Source: Cenococcum geophilum (Eukaryota). Taken from it: DNA of 64,000 bases. Both the position numbers and the translations under genes were made by a program. The stretch's first letter is position 1, and every line of letters starts with the position of its first letter. This document shows positions 25,667 through 39,946 of the stretch, piece by piece. The notes under the pieces are model-generated. The model had not been told where the DNA came from. It did no database searches and saw only the letters and a list, made by a program, of their open reading frames with translations. The DNA lies in contig CP158636.1 in NCBI GenBank assembly GCA_050273025.1, forward strand, positions 3,782,001-3,846,000, given 5' to 3'.

Positions 25667-28600
25667 ATAGCTAACTCTATCTTAATTTCTTTAGTTAATT
25701 AAACGTATACGATAATAAGTATTTACCTACTCCGCTTAGACTGGTTAAGGGCATAATAATAAGAAGTTTTTTAGTATGTGTTGGTATCTCTAATAGGTTA
25801 AAGCTTTTATAGTCCTATAGCATACTATCCGTTATAGCAATATTAGTCTAATCCGCTAACTTATTAATCTACTCTTTATCTAGTTTTATAGGGCTAAGTA
25901 GTTACGGTACGGGTATAAGATGCTTTATCTTTAATGGCTTCTTATAAATTAGATCGTGACTGCTAAGCTTTAATAATTAATTCTTACGTTAAGTTTAGTA
26001 AATTTAGCGGGTTAACTAAATACCTTTAAAGCAATTGATCTTGCCCTAGAGTATATTAACTACTACTATACCGTTAATATGAAACTATATAAGAACTCCA
26101 CTTATAATATTAAAAAGATATTTAAACGGGTTGCGCTTTCTAGGTTATATATTTCTTAACTACGCGCTATACTAGAGACTTTATTTAGTTAAAGAGCCGA
26201 TTCCAAATATAGTAAAAAGTTAGCACTTGCTAATATATTTAGTCTTATATACTATTTCTGGGCTAAGGGTTATACATATATCTAAGCAGTTAATAGTAAT
26301 TATAACGGTTAATTTAAGTCTGCTAATATTCTTGCCAATAGTATAGAGCTTCTTAAAAAAAGATTTACTTATTTAATCTTTAAAATATTACTATACCTAA
26401 TAAGATTATTTCTATTTCGTCTAAAGATAAGGAGTAATCTACTACTGCTACTAAGCTATTAGCACTTAGAGATTATATAGAGGCAATTAATAATATATTT
26501 TATACTAAAGATAGAGGTTATTAACTGCTTTACTTTAACTTTACTTAACTTAACTGCTGCACTTTACCCCCTTAACCCCTTAACCACCTATTCGGCTTAT
26601 TGCTTACCACCCCCCTAACTACTTATTTAGCTTATTATTAACTACTTCTTCTATAACTACTAGTTAAGGACTACCCTTATTTCTACTCTCTTTGCCTTAT
26701 TTATTACAGTTAATAACTACTTACTAACTCCTTACTTTTCACTTAAAGTCTACCCCTTTAAGTCACTGTATGGTTCATACCTAATATCTTTTACGTTATT
26801 ATTTTAAGAAAACCGTCTTACTAACTACTTATAGTAGATTACTTATTATAGTTAGCATTTATAATCCTAATAGCTTCGCTAGCCGTCCTAACTCCTCTCT
26901 CCTTAACGTTAACTTTTTTAATATCCTCTATCTTAACCCGTTTAAGACATATACTGCTAGGTTCCTAAAGTTACAGATTTAATAGCTATTGCTTTACCTC
27001 TACCTTAATAGGCTTTACAACTAGACTCTACCTAAGGGCGTAAATATAGTGACTTTAAATAATATTAAGAACTAGTTAATAGGCTCCTCTAATACTATCG
27101 CTATAGATAGGTGGGCAGCAGTTGCTTATAGGGGTTAAGTAGGCTAGTAGTTAACCTAAGATATAAACCATGACCCAGTTAACCGCTATTAGCCTCTTTA
27201 GTTATATACTATCCGCTTTAGCCTCTTAAGTAGGCCAACTTAAATTAGCAGTAATAAGAGTGGTAAGGATACCGGTGAATTAATTACAATCAGCAGTAAT
27301 AAGGATGAGGGTAATACCGGCTAGGAGCAGTCTTGGCAGTTGCGGCAGTTATAGTAGTCGCAGCAGTTAGATAATAAGCAGTCCCCGCTTTTTAGGGAGA
27401 GATAATAACGTCTGTATGCCTTATAGGAGTTGCAGTAGTCTAACCCTATTAAGCTATCGGATGACAAGGAGCCCACGCCTTTTAGGGAGAGGTAATAATA
27501 GCTATATACCTTCTCCGCAGGTTAAACATCAACTAGTAAGAGTACTCTAATACTAACTAGTTATGGTTATAGTGCTCTGGCATCTTATAGCGTAGCCTTA
27601 AGCACGTTTACCTAACTACTACTAGTCTATCTAATAGAGGAACGTTAGACCAATCTTCTTAATATAGCGAGTCATTAAGGTGCTATTGTAATTAGTATTA
27701 TACGTGGGTTAACTGCTTTAGCGTTCCTTCCACCTTAATATATAGTGGTGGCGAGTCTTAATACTTATAATTAACTAAACTATTAAGTATAACCACTTAA
27801 TCTATTTTTTAACGAGTTGCCGCTATACAGTAATATAATGCGCACGTTATTAATTTCCTTCTATAATATCTTAAGTCTTAGTTAACTAGTTAGCTGGTTT
27901 ATTAATAACTCTAAGAAACAAGTAGCTTAGTTTTTAAACTAGATAAAGTGGTATAATAGTATACCTCTACTAGCAGATTAACTAGCTCCTCCTAACTCCT
28001 TAATCTAGCCGCTCTTACGTATATCTATAAATCCTCGCTTAACTCCTTAGACTCCCTCCTAACGCTCTACTCCTTTAGCTTTAACCCTTTAGATTTCTTC
28101 TACTTTAACTCACTAGCTTCTCTCCCAGTGGTTTGCTCCTTATAATTAGGCTACTTAAAATCCTTTATTATTAACTGCTTAGGCTCCTCCCTAATTAACT
28201 TATTAGCCTAGGCCTATATTTATAGACGTATATAATAATAAGGAGCATATTTTATAAGCTGCTTAGGAATTATATATATAACTAGTAGATTATGGTTTAG
28301 TAGATAGTTTAATAAATAGGTTTATAGTTCTCTTTTTAGGATAAATAAGTAGTAACTTATAGCCTTTAGAATAGTTAAATAAATAGGCCAATTAATTCCT
28401 TAACTGCTTTTTGGTTTAATTTAATATAAAAGTTTACTTAGAGATTAACTGCTTATACCCTACTAGCATATAATAAAGGTAAACTATCTAGGAATGCTAA
28501 GCCCGTCTTATTTACACCTCCTACATTCCTAAATATATAGCTTTTGGTGTTAACAACCACTTACGCCTATCCCGCCTATTATTTCTTATCTCTTTATTAT

Positions 28601-29342
28601 AGTTTTTTAACACTAGGCCGCTAATATTCTCACTAATAGGTGCTAATATTAACTGCCTATATAAGATAGAAGCTATACTCTCTAAACCCCGCTGCATCTT
28701 ATTAGCAGTAAAATCTGCGGTCCTTACCCTTCTTTTCCTACCTCTATAGGTTCTACTACTAGAAGCCATAGGTAGTTCCAGGCTAGGCTCTATACTATTA
28801 GTTAGCAAAGCAGTTTATAAGTCCACTAGTTAAGTCTCCGGTACTATTAGTTAAGTCTTTAATACTAGCAGTTTAGTCTTCAGCACTAGTAGTTTAGTCT
28901 CTAGCACTACACTCTTACTACTCTATAATTCTAGTTCCTATAACTGCTCGCATTTAATTTCTCGCTACTATAACCGGTATAAACTACTACAACCTCGTCC
29001 TAGCGACTAGTTATACTATAGCGGAGGGGATAGCATACTACACTAGTTAAGGGAAGATGGAGTAACTCCTTTAGCTAAAGACGGCACCACTATTAAGAAA
29101 GGGAATTCTAATATTAAGCTAAATAAGCGTATATAGTTCTCTATAAGCTTCTTTTACTATAATATAACTAGTAAAGCAGTCTTATTATTAATCTTAGTTT
29201 GTCTTTCTATAACCTATACCCTTTATTTATTAGCTATAAGCTTACTATTACTAGCGCTACTAATCCTAGGAGATGAGTTACTAGTGCTAGATACTACTTT
29301 CTTAGGTTTCCTGGACTCTAACTATTTAGCTAGTATACTATC

Positions 29343-29535
29343 TATGACGGCGCTGGAGCGCGTCACCTAGTCAGGGGTTCGCTTAAGACTTGGCGTGTGT
29401 ATATAGACGTGGCCTCACCACCTTCTCTTGCTCCTTAGCTTAATATCTTCGTAATACAGCATTCGTTCGCTTGATCTTGCAAGCATTCGTTCAAGTCTCT
29501 GTCGAGACATTTGTTCGATGGTTCGAGCCGTCACA
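29343..29535. mobile_element. Solo LTR (193 bp)
   Basis: t(a)tgacggc...gccgtcaca terminal inverted ends with 5-bp TSD ctatc (29338-29342 / 29536-29540). Confidence 0.85.
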
Positions 29536-29549
29536 CTATCTACATTCTA

Positions 29550-31490
29550 GCGAAGAAACTAAACTAGCCGCTCTTCCTAAGATGTGGTATGCTTTTATTT
29601 ATCTAATAGGAAATACTTACGGAGATCTTCTATAGTTTGTATTAGAAACTTAATAGCTAAGGTAACCTTATTAAAGGCGTATATAATTGCCTACTAGTAG
29701 TAACTAGACAAGAAATATAAAGAAGGCATTAGAGTAAATCTTTCTTTTATTAGGATTAACTTATCCGCTTATACTTAACACCATTTAACCAGCTATTAAA
29801 GAGCAATACCTTGCTTTAAGCCTAAGGTTAGTTTTTAAAGGGAGACAGAAGCAATTAGCGTAATAATTATAATAAGAAAATTAGGGTTATAACTTATACC
29901 GTTACAATAACTCTCTTATAGTGCCTTTAGAGTTTATGTCTTAGGATTACATTTATCCTCCTAGAGAAACTTAAGTAGGTATTTACGGTAGCAGTCGCTA
30001 TTTAGTATAGCCCTCTAGCAATCGCTTATAGAGTCCCTACTTTTAATCTCCTGCTTTATCTAGGGATAAACTTTATTCTTACCAGTTAACTAGTTAGTAG
30101 CTATACCGTTAAGTTCCTAGTTTAAATAATAGTACTAGTTTAATAAGTTGCCATTATAATTTAAATCGGACTCGCGACTACCCCCCTAAGAAAATAATTG
30201 CTATAACTAACTCGCCTAGTGATTGCGTGAGAGCATATTACGTCTACGTTTTAGCTTAAACATTATTTGACTAATAACTTCTTCTATTAACTCCTTCCAG
30301 TATCTTAGCTAATTAAACGCCTAATATAGCGCAAAGAATATAGCTACTCTAGTTTTATTATAACCCCTTACTGCATAACTAAACCTCTGCTATAGATCTC
30401 CAACATTATCTATAATTGGAAAATTCTATTAAATAACCCTATTAATATCTGGTATATCCATACCTATTTTAAGAGTAGTTATAGCTACTATAATCTAAAT
30501 ATTTAACTGCTTGCTGCGGAAGATATTGTATATTCTATCCTAATTATGCTTTGCTATATAAGATATATATATCCCAACTATCTAGTTTGTAAAACGCGCT
30601 AAATAGCCCTTTTAAATAAGAGACTCCTTAAGGTACTAAAAAACTGCCGTAATATATCTTCTACCGTCAACAAATATAATTGTTTTTAGGATTTTCTAAG
30701 GGGTTAAGCCACCGTCTAAAGACTTAACTACTTAGTTAAGTAAGAAGTGTAACTGCTTATAGTAGGTTATCTTTCCTTTTAGTATCGGAAATATATAAAT
30801 TAAGATATCCGGTTAGTTAATAAATATATAGATAATCTCTAATGTACCTAGGCTAGTTCCCTCTGGCTAAAACCCACTATAATTTTTATTACTTACTCTG
30901 TCTTAATATTTATAGTTATAGAGCAGTTAAAGAAAATAATACTTAATAGGAGAGACCGGCGTAGCTTATAGATTAAGATAAAGTTGCTCTAAAACTCCTT
31001 CCACTAATAAAGTATATAACACTTATTAATAGCCACCAGTCTAATTTAACACTGGAAGAATAGATCCTATAGGATCTTTTAAAATTTAGAAGACACAGCT
31101 TGCTTGGGCCTAAGTAGTATATAGGTATATATACCATTCTTAATATCCTTAAGCAGTTAAGAGTTCTGGAATTTTATATCCACTAATATTAAATATAGGT
31201 TTGTACTAGGGTACTAATAAATTAACTTAACCTATTTCTCCCCTAGCTTACTTAATAGGATAAGCTATATTATAATCTAGCCGGTTAAGACTAAGAAAGT
31301 ATAAAATACAATACTTTTACTAAAGCCAGTTTTTGCAATAAGTATAGTATCCCCTATTTTATAAACTAGTTAGTAAAGCGCCCTAACCTACTAAGTATGG
31401 GGATTCTTTTCCCTAAGGAGTCGGTATATAGCACGGGTAAGCACTTCTGTCTAATGTTTAATATTCTGGGGTTTAAAGCCATCCAACATA
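29550..31490 (-). pseudogene. Degenerate RecQ-like SF2 helicase (transposon-borne)
   Basis: Motif I ILIAKTGFSKS (GFGKS, ~31320), motif II LVAINKCY (AIDECH after de-RIP, ~31030), TIIFVD (~30675), IIVAITTLKIGMDIPDI (~30460) and *QRFSYAVR (QRxGRAxR, ~30375). Confidence 0.85.
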
Positions 31491-32214
31491 AGCCTCCGGA
31501 GCTGTGGGATAGTTAAGGTTAGTATACGTTTTATTTAGGTAGTATATAGCTAGGTATAGCGAGGAGTTATAGAGGCTAGAGAAGTTATAGAGGCTAGAGG
31601 AGTTAAAGAGGCTAGAGAAGTTAAAGGGTTATAGCGCAAGTCGCCACATTATTGTTGGTAATACCGCTTGCTTTAAGGCATTAAGAGAGGATTCGTAAAG
31701 TTAACCCAACAAGACGTGTTAAAAATTTTCAACCTGTAATTTTAGAACTTTATATTAGCTAAAATACATAAATAAGTACATAGATAAATAAAGTGGCCCT
31801 TAAAATATAATTGATTACCTTTTAAAGTGGTTAACTAGTCAACTGGTAGAGATATATTACTTTGTAGTAGCGTCGCGTTCAATTAATAAGTTGACCCTCC
31901 TATGTTTTTGTACCAAAGGCCCTTAGACAGCAAACGAGACAGCGCTTATAACTATAGGGGTTAATTTATACTAGCAGGGGTTAAATAAAGCTAGCATAGG
32001 TTTTATATAAAGCTATACTAGTTAAGTACTAGTGAGATTTACTGTCTCGTTTGCCGTCTGAGTCGCTTACTAAGATAACCAATTTTCTTTTTCAGGAGAC
32101 AGGACAAAACGCACTGAACACTCAAAGGCGAACTCCTATCGTGCAATTCAGTGTGTAGAAAACTCGGGAAACCATTTGTCTGACATTTAGACCCGCTACG
32201 CTCAGAAAAGCATT

Positions 32215-35200
32215 ATGTCGCTCGTGAACCTCAGTGCGGGGTTGGCAGCTCCGTTAGTGATACCAAGCAACGCTTTACGAAAATCAAACTGACGCTTTAA
32301 CCTAGATCAAGCAAAAATTTGTGGGAGTGTGCAATAAAAGAACTAAGTGTGCAGGAGTTTGAATGCGTTAATTCGAATTGCAAGAGCGATTTGCATATCC
32401 GAGTCCTTTTGGTTGAGTTGCAGCAGGTGGCTATAGACACCAGAACACAAAGCGAAGCCGGGAGATGGACGATTAAAAGGACCAACAAGACGCCAATCGT
32501 ATTACGAGATAAATTTGACCAGATAGCTACTTGGGTGGGGAAGTTTATCAAAATCATTGACTCTGCGGTGCAGTACGACCCAGGACACGCCGCACTCCCC
32601 TGGGCTGGAGTTAAGTTGATTCTGCAAGTTGCGCACAAAGTTCCTAGTCTAAATTTAGCTAGCCAGTGCTGATGGACTTCCAGGTAATTTTGACCGACCA
32701 TCAAACATTTGGCGCTGTTGTCGAAGGCATGGAGCGCATCAGCAACCTCATCAGCCGTTACGCGATCTTCGAAGATCTTTACTTGAACCCGGAACTAAAA
32801 TCGTATGATGGCTTGGAACGGGCTTTGATCGAACTGTATCTAAGGATTTTTAAATACCTTTCGAAAGCTATAAAGTTTTATAAGAAAGGAACAGCAAGTA
32901 TATCTCAACTAAACGTTGATGTTATGCAACTAGTTAACAGAATCACCGTAGCTCGCCTGGTGGATACCATCAAGAACAGCGCAGAGAAATTTGAACCTCT
33001 TCTGCTCAGCATTATACAGCAAGAGTCAGAGGTCGAGCGCTTCGCAAAGCTTGCTGACGCGGAAAGTATACTTCCCCGTAGGAGCACTTGGAGATCTAAT
33101 CTGACGAAATTCTCCTTCCAGGTCAAGAAGCCATGGCCAAAAAGCTAGGCACCCTTGCTTCGAGTAAGATTTCCGCCCGAGATTTGTCGCAAGACTTAAA
33201 GTTAACCTTCTCAGGACAATCTTCGAACTACAGCAATTTGAAAAGCCTGTTAGCCGAGCTGAGAGTATCAATTGTTGAGATGAAATGCAAAGTATCGGAT
33301 TTGCACAATGACCACACCAGTATTACACTAATCAAATATTTACTTTGAGTATCTAACTGAGTATTCTTTCTCCAGCTCCAAGCCAAAGAGATGTCCTGAT
33401 GTGGCTGTCGACTATTCCGTATGCAAAACACCACGATATTATACTCCATCAAAATAGCTTGAAGGACTCTGGATTGTGGTTATTCCGGAAAAGCGAATAT
33501 GATAATTGGGAAAAATCTGGCACAGGAAAATTTCTGTGGCTACGTGGAATTCGTAAATATCACCAGACGTGATACCTTCTCTAGCCGCATAGTAACTGAC
33601 AATTCTGATTAGCTGGATCCGGCAAGACAAAACTTGTGTATGAATCCTCCCCCCTTCTTAAACTGGGGTCACCACCAAGCTATGAGTCTAATCCTAGTAG
33701 GTCGCTTGTAATTAATCACTTGCAGTTAACAATAAACCGAGATTCTGAGTATGTGGCATACTTTTACTGTGTACGTAACACTGCAGAGCCCGAAAGAGGA
33801 AACCCAGAGGAGATACTTCGAAGTATCCTACGACAACTCTCTTGTTCGGACCCTATCTTCCCTATCCACGAGTTAGTTCAGAAAGCGTACATAGATATAC
33901 AGGATCAAGGATTCGGGCCAAGGAAGCTAACTTTGGATGAAACGTCAAAGCTCATCATCGATGTAATTAATACATACTCGTCAGTCACCATCATCATCGA
34001 TGCACTTGACGAATGCAATGTAGACACGCGGTCTACATTTCTGAGAGCATTAAAAGATATATCTAAAGAATCGGCAACACCTGTAAAGATACTAGTGTCC
34101 AGTAGAGATGATGGGAATGTTCTTTTCCAACTCAATGACTCGCTACAAGTGCGCATTGGGGAAGATGACAATGCTGTCGATATCGAGCGGTTTGTTCACC
34201 ATCAAGTTGAGGAATGTATCCGAAAGAAAGAAATTCTTAGGGGAGCTGTTTCCGAAGAGTTGAGGCAGTTATTGATCGATAAGTTGATAGAGGGTGCTAA
34301 GGGAATGTGGGTTGCTACTCGTCCTTTAATGGAAGTCCCGAATATTGCTAAACTCTGCGTTTCAGGTTCTGTTGGGTTAATTTTCAGCTTCAAAACTTCC
34401 GCAGTCGGAGAATGATTTTGGAAGACATAATGGATGAACTTGAGAAGCTGCCCAAAGGTCTGGCTGATATTTACTCAGAAATCTACCTACAGTCATTAAC
34501 CCAACTGGGACCCAAGAGTGGACCGATCAGAGACCGAATCTTGAAATGGCTCTTATGTGCACAAAGGCAACTTTCTACCGAGGAGCTTCTTGCAGCTGTC
34601 AGTGTAGACTCCGAAGGCAACTTCACGCATGTTTCGAAGGAAGAAGCTTTGTATATGTGCTGTGATTTCGTTATCCTCGATGAAGTTATGGATGTCTTTC
34701 GGTTTGCGCATGTTACCATCCGCGACTACTTGGAAACCCGCGCTGGATTTTCCTCTGAGACTGCACATTCAATTGCTGCTGAACGATGTCTTGCCCTCTG
34801 GCTGGCTACTCCATTAGATCGTGAGAATGCTAAGGCCGCTGTGGCACAGGCGAATGGTATCTTCAGCCAATATGCAACATTGCACTGGGCTTCTCATTGC
34901 CAAGCAAGTGGTAACTGTCTCAGTCAGGGTGTTCTTGGGCGGTTATTCAATCGATTTGTCTTGAATAACCTTGATGAAAGCCAATCATTCAGGGAATGGA
35001 AACGCTTAGCAATGCCCTATCTGAAATCAATGGCTTGGGATGATTCACTCAGAGCAAAATTGAAGTTATCATTAAGTTGGTCACCATCCACCTTTTTCGT
35101 TGGCTGTATCTGGGGTTTCTGCGATTTAGTGGATCTTTCATTGACATCAAGCAAGGCCCGGGGGGAGGCGGTTGATGTTGTTCTGAACAGTGGTTTAAGA

Positions 35201-36268
35201 GTTGCCAGTGAATATGGCCAGTACAAAGTTGTCAAGCTCTTATTGGAGAGAGGTGGTAATACCATGGCAAAATATCACGCCGGAACGACAGCATTGCACG
35301 TGGCGTCTAGCAGAGGAGAGAAAGAGATAGTCGAGTTGCTCCTGGACAAAGGGTCCAGCAAGAAGATTATTAATGCCAAGGATGAAGACGGCCGAACCGC
35401 CCTGCACCAGGCGGCGAAGGAAGGGCACGAGACTATAGTTCGAATATTATTAAAAAAAGGCGCTGAGCTCAACGCTAAGGATCAGGCCGGATGGACAGCT
35501 CTCCATTTTGCCGCTGAAGAAGGCAAAAAGGGCGTGGTTATGTTGCTCTTGGAGATAGGCATCTCCTTCGAAGCACAGGACGAATTCGGTTGTACAGCTC
35601 TTCACCTTGCTACTGAGAGGGGCCGAGAGCAAATAGTGCGCCACCTATTGGAGGCTGGTGCTAACGTACATGCGAAAGATAGCCATGAATGGGTAGCGCT
35701 CGGACGGGCAGCCGAAAAAGGGCACGAGAGCATTGTTCGAATCCTCCTAGAAAATGGTGCCGATATTGAGGCAAAGTCTGGTAGATGTAGCACGGTGCAC
35801 TGGGCAGTGGAGAGAGAGAACGAGAATTTGTTGCGAATATTACTTGACCACGGCGCCAATATCGAGGCCAATGACGACTCTGGAAAGACAGCGCTACACC
35901 GTGCAGCAGAAAGAGGTAATACGGCAATAGTACTGCAACTACTAGAAGCCAATGCCAAAATTGACTCGATAGACAAAAATGGATGCACTGCGCTCTATCT
36001 AGCTACAACAAGAGGACATGAAGAAGTAACGAATTTACTTCTCGGGAAAGGGGCTAACCCCACGATAAAATCTAACAACAAGAAGACTGCGTTGCATGAA
36101 GCTAGTATGCGAGGCTATACCACGATTGTCCAGCAACTTTTAGGCTCTGACATCGATATCGAGGCCATCGATGAGAACGGATGCACAGCAGCCCAACTTG
36201 CTATTTTGGAAGGCTATGAAAGTGTAGCAAGGCTGCTAGTGAAAAGCGACGCTAAATCTGCAGTATGA
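32215..36268 (+). CDS. Fungal NLR-like protein: helical N-terminal domain (NACHT_N/Goodbye-like), NACHT NTPase, ~11 ankyrin repeats; ~1,200 aa, 9 exons
   Basis: ATG at 32215. Eight short GT-AG introns (~32253-32305, 32628-32683, 32898-32951, 33067-33121, 33320-33375, 33553-33612, 33638-33700, 34308-34365) join the ORF fragments in frame. N-terminal LWECA...QYDPGHAALPWAGV; Walker A LWLRGIPGSGKT; Walker B IIIDALDEC; repeats G-x-TALHxAA-xxG. Confidence 0.92.
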
Positions 36269-36744
36269 GTTAAATGGAGAATGGCTCTGAGAGCGAAATT
36301 AGTATAAAGGTGCGATTTGTGTAACTTGTGCATGTAGATCTTATCAAACAGACAGTGATGTATCTAATTAAATTGGACAAATCATCTTATACAATGCGTC
36401 CGTAGTTAGGGACGCAGCAGCAATTTCCTAGTCTTCATTAACCGGTAAAGTTACTTCAATTTCCAGACTCGTCTAGGCACAGAATGATTGAGGTAGACAG
36501 CTTTAGAATTAGCGAACTCAGCAGATCACGAAGGGGTCTCATCTTTCGGCCTTATAATTGACCAACTCAGTGCCGTCTATACCCTGTGAACTTAGCAATA
36601 TCTAGAGTCAATCGCACCGCAAGTATCGTGAGACATGTCTTGAAATAGTTCTAACTGAAATAAACACACACAGAGACACGATGACGTATTTGGTCCGCCC
36701 AGTATGTCGGGTATAAATACTCCGTTAGGATAATGATACACCAT

Positions 36745-37095
36745 TAGGGGTCCCAATGATGAATGAATAAATAAATTGACCACTTATCGCATCGTATTTA
36801 TAAGAGAGCCGATTTATCGCGATATTGCATAGAGGCTATATCACCAGTCTTGGTGTGGTGTTGTAGCGATTTGCTGTAGTCGACATTGTTTTAGAGTCCT
36901 CTATCCCCCTTCTTATTGCTTGCCATCTGCTTGCGTGTATATTTAAATAAGCGGCGTATAATTAATACTATACACACACCTCAGTATCCTTTTACTACAC
37001 CACAAGGCTTTAAGTTTCCTATATATATTTATAAGGATTTCAAAATATTCAATCATTATCACTGCTTATGAATGAATATATCATTGGGGCCCCTT
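36745..37095. mobile_element. hAT-like MITE (~350 bp)
   Basis: TIRs taggggtcccaatgat / atcattggggcccctt, with flanking direct repeat tacaccat(t) at 36737 and 37096 (8-9 bp TSD). Confidence 0.8.
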
Positions 37096-37844
37096 TACAC
37101 CATTGATTAAGCTATTCCTCAAGGGTAGTTAAAATATCATAAATACCACGAGTTCTTATCTTTTAGATGATAAGAAAAAATTATTGGAGTACTGGAGCTT
37201 CTATAACTAGTCCTTACCTTGACTGGTGTATATGAAGTGACGCTCTGAGGAAGGTGAAAGGCGCTAAGAGAGGCTTGCATGATCCCTAGGAACACCGAAT
37301 GGCGTGGTGGAAGGCTGTTGTGTTTAGACTTCGGGTAGGCTACAAAGATGCTTTTAAATGATCTGCCTATGAAGAATATTGCCGAAGCTTACGTACCATT
37401 TCAGAACTCCTGGAGGCGTGTTGGTTCAAGATTGTGTTAATAGCACAAAACAATGCCTATGATATTCTGATGACGGAAACTATAAAAACAAGCTTTATAT
37501 TTCATCTTATCTGATTATAGTAATGTTCTTACTATAATTAAGCCATCTCTTATTATGGCTTTGTGAGTACCAACGTGCACTATATATTATTCCAGTTGTG
37601 ACCGTCTTCATTCTTTAGCGAGAATTTAACATTAGTTATGAAATTAGGATTAGCTTACCAAAGGTATATTGCCATGTTCCCTCATATACAGACGTGTCCG
37701 TAAATGGAGGGTTCTGACTGTCACCTCGTATAGGATCATGATATCGCCAGTTTGGTGGCGAGCTCTGCTGTTGGGGGCCACTGGAGCACCACCCTGATAC
37801 CCACTGTCCTATATTAAGTGAGCTTTTTTACTCGTAACATGCAG

Positions 37845-39300
37845 CTACTGTTGACATGTCCACTTACCACGATGATACGTATTATATGACCAACGACGGT
37901 ACTCCGGATTCCAGGCCGACCTTGTGTATTTGAACGGTTTTCCGGGTAGGGGGTGGTCGGGGGTGGATGATTGCTCCCTGGCATTATCTTCAGAAGCTGT
38001 GGCTTGGTGAAAACGAGCCGGTGAGGAAGTTCTGTCAAGCTCAAATGAATTCGTTGTTGGCCTACTCTGGGAGCCTTGCCTTTGCGACGGAATACGGGAT
38101 CCTTCAAAGGGAGACCGAGGCGGACGCGGAGTAGATGGCTTATTCGAAAACTCATGGAATGAGGCACCACCACTGACGTAGCCTGACAGACCTCGTTGGC
38201 TGGGGCTCATTGGCCGTATTTGAGCTTCTGCAGATGAAATCCCGGCGTTTTCTTCCTGCTCCAATGATGTGCTATGTGGTGCGTCACTATTATATTTCTC
38301 TAGGATCGACCATAATCTATTTCTCTCTGTTTCTAATTCCGCGATCTCCCTTCGAATCAGGTTGATCTCTGACTGATCTGTTTCCCGAATTGTCTTCTGC
38401 ATTTCCTTTTGTGTTTCTCGTAGGCTATTTAGCTCACGATCAAATTCTTGTAATTTTTTGAATTTATCTTCCAGCAGAACACGACCAGCCTTGGTATCTG
38501 AAACAGACGTCTGGTTGTGACTTTCGCGCAGGACATCCAGCATAATCCCGTCCGAGGGCGGATGTTTCAGCAGCTTGCGAATTATCTCCTTTGCCTGAGT
38601 CTTTTCGCCTCCAAAACGCTCTGTTGTTGCTTCCTTCTCTATCAATGGCTTCCAGTAATTATTCCTCAGGGTATCTTCCCGAGTAAAGGCGATACTTCTC
38701 TCGGTGCAATCCCACATCGTTGTAACAAGAATTACATGTTTTAGGAAGTCATCGCCACACATTGCATCGAGTAAGCGAATGTTTCTCTGGGCGGAGCCTA
38801 GCATCCGATTATCGGTAATACGGTGAAGGTATATGATACCAGCTAAACTGAGGCCATCTGCAGAGAGCCGATTAAGATACCTAACAAATTCCTCAAGTAT
38901 ATCAATATCCTGCCTCTGCCCGTCATCAAACCCGGGGGTGTCGAGCAGGATTATATTCCTGTCTTCAGAGCGGATTTCATATTGTTGAATTTTTGTAGTT
39001 GCTAGAGCGAGAACACGATTAGCCATGATATATGAACGTAGATGCTGTTTAAATGTGGACGATGTATGGCAGGGTGCATCCTAACATGACTCCAATGAGT
39101 TTCCTAAAGCCAAGTCTTGTCCTGTGGCCTTGGATATGAAATAGGTCTTCCCTACACCCGTGATGCCCATCACTGCTATTAACGACTGCTGACGTTTTGG
39201 CCTAATCAGAACCGTTAACCATTGCCTTTGCACTTCATTTAGCACCACAGGAAAAAGGGCTAATGGTAGAAGTGTCAGCTTACACGATGCCGCTGATCAT
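37845..39300 (-). CDS. P-loop GTPase (AIG1/GIMAP/MMR_HSR1-like fungal family) with coiled coil and low-complexity tail; 3 exons
   Basis: ATG at 39300 and two GT-AG introns give IAVMGITGVGKT (G1), LLDTPGFDD (G3), GIIYLHRITDNRM and LVTTMWD (G4-like), followed by a heptad-rich segment. Confidence 0.88.
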
Positions 39301-39946
39301 GATAGCGAAAAGGCCTATTCTGCTAGACACCTTTTCGTGTCACAGTTAGGATTTCAAGAAAGATGTGGCGCAATGAGGCTCAAATTTTTTGCGAGGGGTA
39401 ATAAAAAAAGCAAGGGGATTGTTTTCTGGCGGCGGCGTCAAAGTGCTGATATGTATCGTAATAGTACGCCTGAAGCGAATGAAGCTAGGGTCATTCTTTA
39501 CTTGTAAGTGTGTCGCAGCGACTCGGAATGCCTCCTGTAGTCTGGCCCAGCAGTATCCCACGTGCATCGGGCTGAGAGCTGTCATTTCATATGCACGCCT
39601 AGCCTATGAACTGTAAAGCCACTGCGGTAAGTTCGTGTCTTCCTTATCATTGACAACGTGCGCCAATCATTTTCACCCAATGTTCACTGGGCGCAATACG
39701 GGAAGAACATTTCGAGTCACGACATACATAACATCATTCAGCATATTGCGTCGCGATACCAATGTGCGGTTTGTTTGTAAGCCTCTTGCTCCATTAAGCA
39801 AGGTCCCAGGCTGGACCCAGCTGAGATCGGAAGCTGGGATCATACGTTGACCAGACGTCCTCATTGTCTTAGTTAACATGATTCTCTAAACCTCTCGAAA
39901 CTGTCCATCCAGCATACATCTTCCTTCAACGTTCTTCGAGACCGTG

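Larger units (their letters stand above)
17400..26500 (+). pseudogene. Degenerate Academ/DUF6589-type transposase, split by a MITE and a Copia element
   Basis: Reads LGIYLLRSDIKR*VIKVLARLGLYNSY (~17830-17910), VYNNF (DNF-like, ~18050), TIEGIYSVY (~18425) and LGRL/GD*KT-like (~18530), and continues after 25671. Boundaries approximate. Confidence 0.55.
16838..32079. mobile_element. Probable Academ (AcademH-like) DNA transposon with nested insertions; ~8.3 kb after removing them
   Basis: Convergent degenerate transposase-like ORF (+) and RecQ-like helicase ORF (-). Ends share the inverted motif gttatctYagtaagcRactYagacggca (from 16838 and, reversed, ending at 32079). No TSD found. Confidence 0.6.

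Noticed and set aside
27660..27730. Possible PHD-finger fragment inside the Academ-like element
   Set aside because: Requires too many assumed back-mutations, and the full Cys/His pattern cannot be read.
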